A model generated the notes under the pieces. The model did not search any database, was not told the DNA's origin, and worked only from the letters and a program-made list of their open reading frames with translations. DNA of 64,000 nt from an uncultured Verrucomicrobiae bacterium. GTDB lineage: Bacteria; Verrucomicrobiota; Verrucomicrobiia; Chthoniobacterales; JAFAMB01. The stretch lies in assembly GCA_963837955.1 (NCBI GenBank), contig CAWIPH010000002.1, positions 3,456,001 to 3,520,000 of the forward strand. The letters run 5' to 3'. Positions 42,347 through 52,411 of this stretch are shown here, piece by piece (the stretch's first letter is position 1; every line of letters starts with the position of its first letter). The position numbers and the translations under genes were made by a program.

Positions 42347-43645
42347 ATGAAATCAGGCTTGAGGCCGCCGGTTCTCCCCTTCCATTACGCGTGGGTCGTG
42401 GCCGCAGTCACATTTGTTACCCTTCTGCTCACTGCAGCGATTCGGGCAACGCCGAGCGTCCTTATTGTCCCTTTTGAAAACGAATTTCATTGGACTCCTG
42501 CTTCGATCTCTACCGTTATCTCGGTAAATCTCGTGCTTTACGGCTTGATCGGGCCGTTCGCAGCGGGATTGATCCAGCGGTTCGGTCCGCGCAAGATCAT
42601 GGTCGCTTCTCTTGCGCTCCTGGGCATCGGCGTCGCTTTGACCCCCTTTGTCACCCGCCTCGAACAACTGCTCTTGCTATGGGGAGTAGTAGTGGGAGTC
42701 GGAACAGGAATGAGCGCCATCGTTCTTGGCGCGACGGTCGTCCATCGCTGGTTCGATCGTTATCGTGGCGTAGTTCTGGGTGTACTGAGCGCGAGCACCG
42801 CAACTGGCCAACTTCTTTTTTTGCCGTTGCTCGCTAACCTGACCGTCCAGCACGGCTGGCGCGTTGCGATCTGGGCAATCGCGGCCGTGATCGCGTTAGC
42901 GATCCCATTCGTCGCGCTCTTTATGCGGGATACACCGCATCACCTAGGGCTTCGCCGGTTGGGTAGCGATCACGATGAAGCCGAATCAGCAACGGAGAAT
43001 CCAATCATCGCGGCCTTGCGTGCTTTGTCTGACGCGACGCGAAGTCCCGCTTTCTGGTTATTGGCCGGGAGTTTTTTCGTATGTGGCGCAAGTACCAACG
43101 GACTGATCGGAACTCATTTGATTCCAGCCTGCGTCGATCACGGGTTCTCGGAGGTACATGGGGCAAATCTTTTGGCTGCAATGGGAATCTGTGATCTCAT
43201 CGGCACAACTCTATCTGGCTGGCTGTCCGACCGATTTAGTAATCGCTGGCTTCTTTTCTTTTACTACGGCCTGCGCGGTCTTTCACTGCTCCTCCTGCCC
43301 TGGTCATTCGATCTTCAGTCGTTCAAATTGCCCCTCTTCGCAGTCTTTTACGGCCTAGACTGGATCGCGACGGTACCTCCTACGGTAGCGCTGACCGCTC
43401 AGATATTCGGTCGCGATCGAGTCGGACTCGTTTTCGGGTGGATTTTTGCGGCTCACCAGCTCGGCGCCGCGGCAGCCGCAAGTATGGCCGGTATGCTCAG
43501 GACGGTCGAAGGGACCTACGACCACGCCTTCCTGATCTCTGGCAACCTCTGCATCATCGCGGCGGTGTCGATTCTTTTTACCGGTGCCCAACGCAAACGA
43601 GCCATCAGTGCAAGCGAGTTGGGATCCCTGCCGGTTAGCAGTTAG
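42347..43645 (+). CDS. MFS transporter
   Basis: 12-TM pattern; HYAWVV, RFGPR, GWLSDRF, GLDWIATVPPT, AHQLG. Confidence 0.92.
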   Translation: MKSGLRPPVLPFHYAWVVAAVTFVTLLLTAAIRATPSVLIVPFENEFHWTPASISTVISVNLVLYGLIGPFAAGLIQRFGPRKIMVASLALLGIGVALTPFVTRLEQLLLLWGVVVGVGTGMSAIVLGATVVHRWFDRYRGVVLGVLSASTATGQLLFLPLLANLTVQHGWRVAIWAIAAVIALAIPFVALFMRDTPHHLGLRRLGSDHDEAESATENPIIAALRALSDATRSPAFWLLAGSFFVCGASTNGLIGTHLIPACVDHGFSEVHGANLLAAMGICDLIGTTLSGWLSDRFSNRWLLFFYYGLRGLSLLLLPWSFDLQSFKLPLFAVFYGLDWIATVPPTVALTAQIFGRDRVGLVFGWIFAAHQLGAAAAASMAGMLRTVEGTYDHAFLISGNLCIIAAVSILFTGAQRKRAISASELGSLPVSS

Positions 43646-43690
43646 CCCGTTGGCCTCACCTCGCAGCCTCGCGATCGCTACGAAGCATCA

Positions 43691-43740
43691 CGCTTACCGC
43701 TTACCGCTTACCGCTTACCGCTTACCGATTACTGATTACT
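43691..43740. repeat. Heptamer tandem repeat (CGCTTAC)n
   Basis: Five exact and two degenerate units between convergent stops. Confidence 0.9.
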
Positions 43741-43751
43741 TGCCGCTCAGG

Positions 43752-45125
43752 CTACTTCTCCGCCGCAGCTTCTTCCTCTTCCTCCTCGTCTTCCGGAAGG
43801 GTGACCATCCCGGTATTCGCATTGAAATCCATCAAACCGGCGTACCGCCCCCAGGCAATCATCGTTTGCAGAATTTTTTCCGCGTTCTCGTACGGGAGCG
43901 CAGTAGCTATATCGTGCGTTACGGTTTCGGCCGGCACTTCTTCCTGGGTTTCGAGATAGGCCAGAATGATGTGGAACAAACGCAGTTTTCGCACCTGTTC
44001 AGCGAAAATCGTTTGGCGCGTTTCCCGGTCAGACTGGAAAAATCTTCGGCCCAATTCGGTGAATTGAACCTCATCCTTCGGCGTATTGACGAACTCGAGG
44101 ATTTCGGCCGCTTTAACGATGGCGATCGTTTCGCCGAAGTCTTTGCCGATCTCGTTCGAGATATCGTAAACGTTGTTCAGGTCGGGCTCGTCGTGGAGAA
44201 TGCTGAGCAAGCCGAGAATTTGACTGACACCAACGGTTGGAATCGATTCCATTCGACTGCGCGCACGGGAGACCGGACGCCCCGGTGCCGGAGCCGGTTC
44301 CGGCGGCAAATCTGGTAAAGCCTGCTGCGTAATCGATTCGTGAATAACTCGCATAAGCCTTTGAAATTCCGGGTGGTTCGGATTGCGTGGGTACGGCAGG
44401 TTGTTCTCTAAAACCAGTCCGAGGCGGCCCGGATGCGGAAACAGAACGCAGATGCGTGTCGCCATCTCCACTGCTTCCTCAATGTTATGGGTCACCATGA
44501 AAATGCTCTTCAACCCGGTACCTTCGCCCTGCCACAACCCGACAACTTCCTTGCGGAGGTTCTCGGCGGTCAGTACGTCCAGCGCGCTGAATGCTTCATC
44601 CAGGCAGAGAATCTTGGGCTTAGCTACGAGGGCTCGTGCGATCCCGACGCGCTGCCTCATCCCGCCGGAGATTTCACGTGGAAATGCCGAATGATAGTTA
44701 TTCAGACCGATGAGATCGATCGCCTTTTCCACCGCCTCAGCTCTCTCGGCCCGAGTCATCCTCTGGGCCATCAAACCGACGCTTACGTTTTGTTCTACGG
44801 TGAGCCACGGGTAGAGGGCAAATGTCTGGAAGACGATCGAGGCGTTCGGATTAATTCCCTCGAGCGGCTTTCCGTAACAGAGTACTCGCCCGGAGGTCGG
44901 TTTGGTGAGGCCGGTAAGACAACGTAACAAGGTCGATTTACCGGACCCCGATTGACCAAGCAGCGCCAGTAGCTCGCCTTCGTGAATCGCCAGATCGATC
45001 TGATCCAGGACCTTGAGCTCTCGGCCGTGTTCGACGACAAAAGACTTCGAAATGTTGCGAAGTTCGGCAACGGCGGGGGCATCAGTCCCGGCCGCTTTGG
45101 GGGATGAGATGAGCTCGGTTGACAT
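43752..45125 (-). CDS. Nitrate/sulfonate-type ABC ATP-binding protein with C-terminal AAA-associated domain
   Basis: GQSGSGKST, FQTFALYPWLTV, ISGGMRQR, DEAFSALD, IAWGRYA. Confidence 0.92.
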   Translation of the reverse strand: MSTELISSPKAAGTDAPAVAELRNISKSFVVEHGRELKVLDQIDLAIHEGELLALLGQSGSGKSTLLRCLTGLTKPTSGRVLCYGKPLEGINPNASIVFQTFALYPWLTVEQNVSVGLMAQRMTRAERAEAVEKAIDLIGLNNYHSAFPREISGGMRQRVGIARALVAKPKILCLDEAFSALDVLTAENLRKEVVGLWQGEGTGLKSIFMVTHNIEEAVEMATRICVLFPHPGRLGLVLENNLPYPRNPNHPEFQRLMRVIHESITQQALPDLPPEPAPAPGRPVSRARSRMESIPTVGVSQILGLLSILHDEPDLNNVYDISNEIGKDFGETIAIVKAAEILEFVNTPKDEVQFTELGRRFFQSDRETRQTIFAEQVRKLRLFHIILAYLETQEEVPAETVTHDIATALPYENAEKILQTMIAWGRYAGLMDFNANTGMVTLPEDEEEEEEAAAEK

Positions 45126-45130
45126 GGGAA

Positions 45131-46894
45131 TTAGTCCAAATGAAAGCGATGCTCAGCGTAACTATATAATCGTCGCCACACTAGCTTGTTAATGACAACT
45201 ACAAAAAGCGCCATGATCGCGGTTCCGCAGATCAAAGCCGGTATCCCAGCACCCCCTTCCTGAGAGCTCACTTCCGAGATGAAAGCTCCCAGCCCGGTTG
45301 CTTTCAATGTCTTATCTCCCCAAGTAGCGATTTCGGCCAAGATAGTCGCGTTCCACGCCCCGCCTGCCGCTGTGCAGGCGCCTGTGATCCAGAACGGGAA
45401 GATCGCTGGTAGAATCAATGTTTTCCAAAGCGGCCATCCGCGCAGTCCAAAGTTTTTCGCCGCCTCCTTTAGATCGTTTGGGATCGACATAGCGCCTGCG
45501 ATCACATTGAACAAGATGTACCACTGGGCACCCATGGCGATTAGCAAAATGCAGCCCCAATTCATGTCGATGTTGTAACGGACAAACAGCCCCACCACTA
45601 AAGGGAAGGTCATATTTACCGGGAACGAGGCGAATATTTGCACAAGCGGCTGAGCAAACTGGGCCACGCGTTGCCTCGAACCAATCCAAACGCCGATCGG
45701 TGTCCAGATAAGGGTCGCCAGAACAGTCACCGCTAACACTCTCAGCAGCGTCACAAATCCGAGGCCGACAATCTTCAAAATTTCGCTGAGGGGAATATGC
45801 TGGTAGACGGCGTAAAACCCTGCCATGACACCGAGAACAACTTCATAGAGAAGTCCTAACAGCACCACAACTCCAATGGCCTGCCAGACATACTTGCCAA
45901 TCTTGCTCGGCTTCGTTTGGACCTCACCTCGCCGCGCGGCCAGCTTCATCTGAAGGTCGGCATAGATCGCGCTAATAGGGATCAGCACCTGTTCCCGCAC
46001 CCATTCAAAGATGTAAGCTCGCCGCAGCAAACTATAAAACCAGGAAGTCGGAGGATGGGCTGATTCCGTCAGTTCCATTTTGAACTTGTCCGCCCAGACC
46101 AGTAGCGGACGCCAGACGAGTTGATCGGTCGCCAAAATAACGGCGAGCATCGCAGCGATCGCCCAAAACGCCGCCCAGTTATCCCCTTTGCTGACCGCGG
46201 TCGCCATAAAGGAACCCAATCCAGGCAGCTGAATATTCTTGCCCAGCACGGTGATTGCTTCGCTGGCGCTCACGGCAAACCACCCGGCGCCGAACGACAT
46301 CATGCAATTCCAGATGAGGCTATGCATCGAAGCTGGTACTTCGAGCGTTTGAAAACGCTGGACGGCAGTGAGGCGGTAATTCGTCGCGGCTTCATGTAGA
46401 TCCTGGGGAATGGTTACCATCGAGTGGTAGAATCCAAACGTCATGTTCCAGACCTGAGCAGTAAAGACCGTTACGACGCTCGCGCACTCCGCTCCGAGTA
46501 AGCTTCCGGGAAAAAGTGAAACGAAAAAAGTAAAAAAGATCGTCAGAAAACTGAGCACCGGAATGGACTGCATGATGTCCAGGAACGGGAGGATTATCGC
46601 GCGGGCGATTCTGTTCTTCGCTGCGGCATACCCTATGATGAAGGTGAAGATCAGCGAGAAGCCGAACGCAATCCACATTCGGATTAAGGTCCGGCCAATG
46701 TAATACGGAATATGCCGGATATGGGTCGATATCGGTAGTGATTGCGACGTCGCATCGAAATGGACCATCATCCCGGCTCCAAACTGGAGGATGCTCCAGA
46801 GCAAGCCTAAAACGCCGACAAAAATCAGCAAATCGACCCAATTAAATGAGCGTTTGCCATCAGCGGCACTGAGCTGAGTAGCGGTCGATTTCAT
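45131..46894 (-). CDS. Double-domain ABC permease (sulfonate/nitrate-like)
   Basis: LDIMQSIPVL, QVWNMTF, WNCMMSFG, GAQWYILFNVIAG, GGAWNA. Confidence 0.9.
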   Translation of the reverse strand: MKSTATQLSAADGKRSFNWVDLLIFVGVLGLLWSILQFGAGMMVHFDATSQSLPISTHIRHIPYYIGRTLIRMWIAFGFSLIFTFIIGYAAAKNRIARAIILPFLDIMQSIPVLSFLTIFFTFFVSLFPGSLLGAECASVVTVFTAQVWNMTFGFYHSMVTIPQDLHEAATNYRLTAVQRFQTLEVPASMHSLIWNCMMSFGAGWFAVSASEAITVLGKNIQLPGLGSFMATAVSKGDNWAAFWAIAAMLAVILATDQLVWRPLLVWADKFKMELTESAHPPTSWFYSLLRRAYIFEWVREQVLIPISAIYADLQMKLAARRGEVQTKPSKIGKYVWQAIGVVVLLGLLYEVVLGVMAGFYAVYQHIPLSEILKIVGLGFVTLLRVLAVTVLATLIWTPIGVWIGSRQRVAQFAQPLVQIFASFPVNMTFPLVVGLFVRYNIDMNWGCILLIAMGAQWYILFNVIAGAMSIPNDLKEAAKNFGLRGWPLWKTLILPAIFPFWITGACTAAGGAWNATILAEIATWGDKTLKATGLGAFISEVSSQEGGAGIPALICGTAIMALFVVVINKLVWRRLYSYAEHRFHLD

Positions 46895-46942
46895 CCGCGT
46901 GCTTTATCGCCCATCGGGAAAAGGAGTTCAAGGAAGACGCAC

Positions 46943-47152
46943 TTCGGCGTTCGGCGTTTGGCGTTCGGCGTTCGGCGTTTGGCGCTCGGCGTTTGGCGCT
47001 CGGCGTTTGGCGTTTGGCGTTTGGCGCTCGGCGTTTGGCGCTCGGTGTTTGGCGCTCGGCGTTTGGCGCTCGGCGTTTGGCGCTCGGCGTTTAGCGTTCG
47101 GCGTTCCCGGCGTTCCCGGCGTTGCCGGCGTTGTCGGCGTTGTCGGCGTTCT
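46943..47152. repeat. Long tandem array of about 23 heptamers (TTCGGCG/TTTGGCG/CTCGGCG) followed by six 9-mers (CGGCGTTNN)
   Basis: Read directly from the sequence; no spacers. Confidence 0.95.
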
Positions 47153-47155
47153 CCT

Positions 47156-47842
47156 CTACTCCCCGCCCACGAGCACGATCTGCCCGCGAGGGACGGTAGA
47201 TCCACCGGCCGGCTCGATGCTTACCGCGAATTTCGGAGTTGCTCCGATCGGTTTAGTCGGCTGGATCGTCACGCGGCGCTCTTGGTCGATGGTTTTCGGT
47301 ACCAGCCCGGCAGCCACCGGTTGCGGCTGTTTCGGATCAAGCACCCACATCTCATAATCCTGGTTGGCAGGCAAAGCAGGCAAACGTTCGAACTGTAATA
47401 CGCCGCTTTGTCCGTCCGGATTCCAGACCACAATCGCGGATGTTTTTGCGTACGCATCAACCTGCGACTGCAACGCTGCGATCTGAATCCGAGAGAGCAG
47501 GTCGCGCCGTTCCAGAGCTGCAATCTCGCTTCGGGATCGCGTCCACATCATTGCCAGAATCATGCAACCAATGGCCAGACAAGCGGCCAAGGCCCACGGG
47601 AGGAACGGAAACGCCACGACCTTTCGGCCTTCTTTTCTCAAGATCTTTTGCGGGATCGACGGTGGCGGTGGCAGGGAGGCCACTCCGCCGCCGATCAGGC
47701 CAAGCGTCTCTACCATTTCACGGGTAAAGATCCTGAGCTCAAAGTCCCGACTAAGTTCCTGCTCGAACAAGGCGGTATCCGTAGTGGATAATTCTCCCAG
47801 CAAGTAGTCGATTGCCTGTTGCTGTTTCTCCTCGGCGATCAT
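47156..47842 (-). CDS. Anti-sigma factor (RskA-like)
   Basis: YLLGEL, single TM helix, LPALPANQDYEMW, FAVSIEPAGGS..P. Confidence 0.9.
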   Translation of the reverse strand: MIAEEKQQQAIDYLLGELSTTDTALFEQELSRDFELRIFTREMVETLGLIGGGVASLPPPPSIPQKILRKEGRKVVAFPFLPWALAACLAIGCMILAMMWTRSRSEIAALERRDLLSRIQIAALQSQVDAYAKTSAIVVWNPDGQSGVLQFERLPALPANQDYEMWVLDPKQPQPVAAGLVPKTIDQERRVTIQPTKPIGATPKFAVSIEPAGGSTVPRGQIVLVGGE

Positions 47843-48408
47843 ACCTCTCCCTCCTCAAAGAGGTCGCGCAGTCGAATCAATCCTCGTCGAATGCGGGCCT
47901 TAATAGTACCGAGTGGAATACCGAGCCGCTCGGCTATCTGCTCGTGGGTCAATCCAGAAAAGAAAGACAACCGAACCGCTTCGCGCTGCTCGGGAGCTAA
48001 TTGGGTCAAAGCTTCGCGCACTTTTGCGTTGCGTTCGCGGAAAAGGGGCTCTTGCGCAGAAACATCATCTTGTTCCGCAAAAAGTTCGGCTTCGCTGGTT
48101 ACCTTCTCGCGCAGCCGTTCGCCCCGCTGACGAGACCGCAGTTTATCGATCGCTTTGTTCCGCACGATCATCACCGCCCAAGCATACGCGCTGCTGCGAG
48201 TTGGATCGTAACTGTCGGCTCTTCGCCAAATATAGGTAAAACCTTCTTGTAAGACGTCCTCCGCTTCTTTGGCGTCGTTCATCATTCGGAACGCCATCCC
48301 ATAGAGGGCAGGAGCCAAGCGGCTATAGAGAATGCTGAACGCAGCTTCGTCCCCGTTCGCCGCTAGCTTGACCAAATCAGCGTTATATTGATTTTCGAAT
48401 TCGTCCAC
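47839..48408 (-). CDS. ECF sigma-70 factor (SigK-like)
   Basis: GDEAAF, AEDVLQE, RNKAIDKLR, GLTHEQIA..GTIKARIRRG; GTG start inferred. Confidence 0.92.
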   Translation of the reverse strand: MDEFENQYNADLVKLAANGDEAAFSILYSRLAPALYGMAFRMMNDAKEAEDVLQEGFTYIWRRADSYDPTRSSAYAWAVMIVRNKAIDKLRSRQRGERLREKVTSEAELFAEQDDVSAQEPLFRERNAKVREALTQLAPEQREAVRLSFFSGLTHEQIAERLGIPLGTIKARIRRGLIRLRDLFEEGEV

Positions 48409-48975
48409 TCGGCGCAGGCAAACCTTTGTTCGTGCGAGCCGACCATCATCGAAGGAGCAAACGAATTTTGTCAAAGAGTTTTCTATCACGCGGTATTTTT
48501 CCTGCCGGCGTCTCCGGCTTGAGAGCTGGATTAGGCGTTCCCCTTTTAGTATAGGAGCCCGGTGGAGCACCGGGCTCCCGTCCCTAATGATGCTTCCGGC
48601 TAGGAGCACTCAAAAAAATTGTCAGGCAAGCAGCGGTACCGAAAAACGTGAATCACTTTCAACAAAACACTCATCGATGGCAGGTCATAGCAACGGTATC
48701 AAACCCAGCAACTCCAGCGGAAACCGTCTCGCCAGGGTCTTTCTACTACATGCGCAAAACTCCTAGGATCGGATGCATCGACCCTCGGTTGGGACAAGCG
48801 CAGATCGAAAACGGTCCACGATAAATGAGGACGGATTCGTGGTCTCGAGTCCTCGTTACGCGCTGATTGTCGCTTGGGAAAGAAGCATTTCCCGTTGCTA
48901 GATCATGACACAAAAATTCGCGAAATCGGAAATAGCACTCTTCCCTCGCTGCGGGCCATCAATGCATTATCGATC

Positions 48976-49395
48976 TCAGGGCCACGCCAACACCACCGCT
49001 CCGGAAACGATCAGTGATGCGCCGATCGCGCTCCGCACACTCAGCCGTTCCCCCAGAAAAGTGATGGCGAGAAGCATCGCGGCTACCACACTCAGTTTGT
49101 CAATTGGCGCCACCTTTGCCACGTCACCGAGCTGCAAAGCCCGAAAATAACAGAGCCACGAAAACCCGGTTGCCACTCCGGAAAGCACCAGAAAAATCCA
49201 AGTCTGTTTGGAGACTCCTGCCAGATCGCTCACTCCACCAGTCCCAAATGCGATCGCCCAGGTGAAGATAAGGATAACCGTTGTGCGAATTGCTGTCGCG
49301 AGATTCGAATTAATTGTCGTTACACCAACTTTGGCCAAGACCGCCGTAAGTCCGGCGAACACTGCTGATAAAAGTGCCCAGATGAACCATCGCAT
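48976..49395 (-). CDS. EamA/DMT family small transporter
   Basis: ALLSAVFAGLTAVLAKVG, SWLCYFRALQ, APIDKLS, LGE. Confidence 0.92.
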   Translation of the reverse strand: MRWFIWALLSAVFAGLTAVLAKVGVTTINSNLATAIRTTVILIFTWAIAFGTGGVSDLAGVSKQTWIFLVLSGVATGFSWLCYFRALQLGDVAKVAPIDKLSVVAAMLLAITFLGERLSVRSAIGASLIVSGAVVLAWP

Positions 49396-49551
49396 CCGGC
49401 ACAATCGCGAAAAAACTGGGGAATGCCAGAAGCGGGGTAAGCGCCGGGAACTGTTCGGAAGCGCCTCGTGGTGAAGCAGCTCGCAGTTAGCGCTAGTTAT
49501 CGGCGTACCGCGAAACGACGCCCATGATCGGTAGGGCGAAAGCTTGGCGCG

Positions 49552-49609
49552 GTATCAGCCGCACCGGCTTGAGCCGTTCTGTATCAGCCGCACCGGCTTG
49601 AGCCGTTCT
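49552..49609. repeat. Exact 29-bp tandem duplication
   Basis: gtatcagccgcaccggcttgagccgttct twice. Confidence 0.95.
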
Positions 49610-49629
49610 TTGTGTTGCCCCGTACTGGA

Positions 49630-49893
49630 TCACCTATCCTCGAACCTCGGAGCCAGCGACATGATCTCCCGAAGGAACATACTTTCATAACGAGGGATCT
49701 TTTCCCATTCGCCTAACACCCTCGACCGGAATTCCGGGTGCTCCGCCCAATGCTCCTCACTCACGGAAAAATAGTTAATGGGCAAAATCATCTTCTTTGG
49801 CCCAGGCCAGTGTCGCTCGAGGGTCATGAGGTAACGTCGCGACGATGAGATTTTCCCAACAGCGATTACCGAACGCACACGATTGAGTTCCAA
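49630..49893 (-). pseudogene. Probable C-terminal remnant of a YdcF/DUF218-like gene
   Basis: SRRYLMTLERHWP..W..HPEFRSRVLGEWEKIPRY; no N-terminal half, and half a family A REP lies upstream (about 49948-49970). Confidence 0.45.
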
Positions 49894-50030
49894 GTGATGG
49901 TCAACATCTCTGCGACCCTCGGAAAGGTTGATCCGATAAACGCAGCCCGCGAGGACGCGGGCCCTCCCGCTTTGAAGTCCTCCTTCAAATCTTGCACCTC
50001 GCCCTGCTCCATGTAACGCTCTCCACCCGA

Positions 50031-51848
50031 ATGGCCGCGCGGAAGCATGATTACGACGAAAGCAAAATAAAGACGCTTTCTTCCCTGGAACACATCCGTC
50101 TTCGGACCGGAATGTACATCGGCCGTCTGGGCGACGGCGCCCACTATGATGACGGTATCTATGTGCTGCTGAAAGAGGTGGTCGATAATGCGGTCGATGA
50201 ATACATCATGGGTTTCGGGAAAGAGATTGATGTGTCGATCCAAAAAGAGACGGTCCGGGTTCGCGATTACGGACGAGGAATTCCTTTGGGCAAGGTGATC
50301 GAATGCGTGTCCCGGATTAATACGGGCGCTAAATATAACGACGACGTTTTCCAATTCAGCGTCGGATTAAACGGGGTGGGTACTAAAGCGGTGAATGCTC
50401 TGGCTTCTCGATTCACCGTCGTGAGCTATCGGGATAGACAATTCTTCCAAGCGGACTTTGCCCGTGGCGTCCTAGACTCGCAGAAAAAAGGAAAACAGAC
50501 CCAGCCGGACGGGACCGAAATCGTCTTTGAACCGGATCGTTCCATCTTCAAAGAGTTCCGATTTCGCGAAGAACACGTCGGACGCAGGCTACGTCTCTAC
50601 ACCTATCTCAATGCCGGGCTCAAGATCCAATACAACGGGACCACCTACACCTCGGCCAATGGCTTAAAGGATCTCCTGGAAGAAGAAGTAGGGGACGAAG
50701 CGATTTACCCAGTCCTTCATCACCGGGAAAAAACGATCGAGATTGCATTCACGCACACCAACCGATTGTCCGAGGACCACTATTCGTTCGTCAACGGACA
50801 ATACACTACTGATGGAGGAACCCACCTCAGTGCTTTTCGTGAAGGGATTCTGAAAGCGATTAACGATTTTGCCCAAGCGAAGTTTGACGGAGACGATGTC
50901 CGCGAAGGTTTGGTTGGCGCCGTATCTATTCGGCTGAAGGATCCGGTCTTTGAGTCGCAGACCAAAAACAAGCTCGGCAATACCGAAATTCGGACGGAGC
51001 TGGTCGCGCGTGTCCGCGAGCTGGTGGCAACGCTCCTCCACCGCAACAGTGAAGCAGCCGAACGGCTGGTAGCCAAGATTCAAGAGACGCAACGCGTCAG
51101 AAAAGAATTGCAGGATGTCCGAAAACTCGCGCGTGAACGCTCCGCGGCCATCTCGTTGCGAATACCTCAGCTGAAAGATTGCAAAGTTCATCTTAATCTC
51201 GAGAAGGCCAACGGTCGTGAATCGATGATCTTTATCACGGAGGGGCAGTCGGCGGCGGGATCAATCACTAGTTGCCGCGATCCGAATACTCAAGCTGTCT
51301 TCACGTTGAAAGGAAAACCACTCAACGTTTGGGATCTCAACCGCACGATTGTCTACAAAAACGACGAGATCTTCAATTTGATGCGCACGCTAAACGTAGA
51401 AGAGAACGTACGGAATCTGCGCTACGGCAAAGTTATTTTGGCCACGGATGCTGACGTCGACGGTTTACATATTCGCAATCTTTTGATCACCTGTTTTCTT
51501 CGATTTTTCCCGGACATCATCACCCATAACTACGTCTATATCCTGGAGACCCCGCTGTTCCGGGTGCGCGATAAAAAGCGGACCGTTTACTGCTACTCAG
51601 AAAAGGAACGGAATGAGGCCATGCAACAAATCCGGAATCACGAGGTGACCCGGTTCAAAGGTCTCGGCGAAATCTCGCCTTCCGAATTCAAAAACTTTAT
51701 CGGTTCAGAAATGCGCCTGACTCCGGTCACCGTTGATGACGGACACGCCGTTCAACCGCTCCTGCAGTTTTATATGGGCAAGAACACTCCCCAGCGCCGG
51801 GAATACATTATGGATAATCTCGTCGTCGAAGAACCGGTAAGCGGCTGA
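50031..51848 (+). CDS. parE: Type IIA topoisomerase subunit B (ParE-like)
   Basis: LEHIRLRTGMYIG, EVVDNAVDE, DYGRGIP, GLNGVG, TEGQSA, ATDADVDGLHI, RFKGLGE. Confidence 0.85.
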   Translation: MAARKHDYDESKIKTLSSLEHIRLRTGMYIGRLGDGAHYDDGIYVLLKEVVDNAVDEYIMGFGKEIDVSIQKETVRVRDYGRGIPLGKVIECVSRINTGAKYNDDVFQFSVGLNGVGTKAVNALASRFTVVSYRDRQFFQADFARGVLDSQKKGKQTQPDGTEIVFEPDRSIFKEFRFREEHVGRRLRLYTYLNAGLKIQYNGTTYTSANGLKDLLEEEVGDEAIYPVLHHREKTIEIAFTHTNRLSEDHYSFVNGQYTTDGGTHLSAFREGILKAINDFAQAKFDGDDVREGLVGAVSIRLKDPVFESQTKNKLGNTEIRTELVARVRELVATLLHRNSEAAERLVAKIQETQRVRKELQDVRKLARERSAAISLRIPQLKDCKVHLNLEKANGRESMIFITEGQSAAGSITSCRDPNTQAVFTLKGKPLNVWDLNRTIVYKNDEIFNLMRTLNVEENVRNLRYGKVILATDADVDGLHIRNLLITCFLRFFPDIITHNYVYILETPLFRVRDKKRTVYCYSEKERNEAMQQIRNHEVTRFKGLGEISPSEFKNFIGSEMRLTPVTVDDGHAVQPLLQFYMGKNTPQRREYIMDNLVVEEPVSG

Positions 51849-52400
51849 AGACCTGAAATCTCACACAAAGACGCAAGAAAAATCTCACGCAAAGACGCCA
51901 AGGCGCAAAGATGAATAGAGTGGAATTTGGAATTTGGAATTTAGGCGACGGGAAACGGTAGGCGCGACTGTCCGATTAGGTCCAGCGTTCGATAGTTCGG
52001 GGCGCTGGCGCAGCGCGACTACTTGCGCCTAATCACAAAACACAGTCGCCATGCGCATGTGAGGCGGTAGCGATTGCGCTCTATGTTTAGGCTCACCTGA
52101 TGCCCTTGCCCGAACGCCAGAAATCGCACGCGTTCGACCTAATCGGACAGTCGCCGCTTGTACCGAATCTCGTTCCCCGTCTTCCGAATCTCCTATTCCT
52201 TTGCGTCTTGGCGTCTTTGCGTGAGATTTCAGGTCTTCAACCCCTACCGTTCCCATCTCCTAAATTCCAAATTCCAAATTCTCTATTCTTCTTTGCGCCT
52301 TGGCGTCTTTGCGTGAGATTTTTCCGTATGCGTCTTTGCGTGAGATTTTTTCTGTATTCTGCATTCCACCCTATTCTCCTGCGCGTTTTTGCGTGAGTTT
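51846..52400. repeat. Large palindromic element, family D (TCTCACGCAAAGACGCCAAG), with TGGAATT heptamers
   Basis: Arms 51877-51961 and 52242-52324; inner perfect 19-bp inverted repeat 51964-51982 and 52136-52154. Confidence 0.88.
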
Positions 52401-52411
52401 CTCTAGTACCC

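Noticed and set aside
46943..47152. CRISPR array
   Set aside because: Contiguous 7- and 9-nt units with no unique spacers and no cas genes
46891..47398. ORFs 46891-47205, 46899-47357 and 46958-47398
   Set aside because: Open only because the tandem repeat lacks stop codons; low-complexity translations
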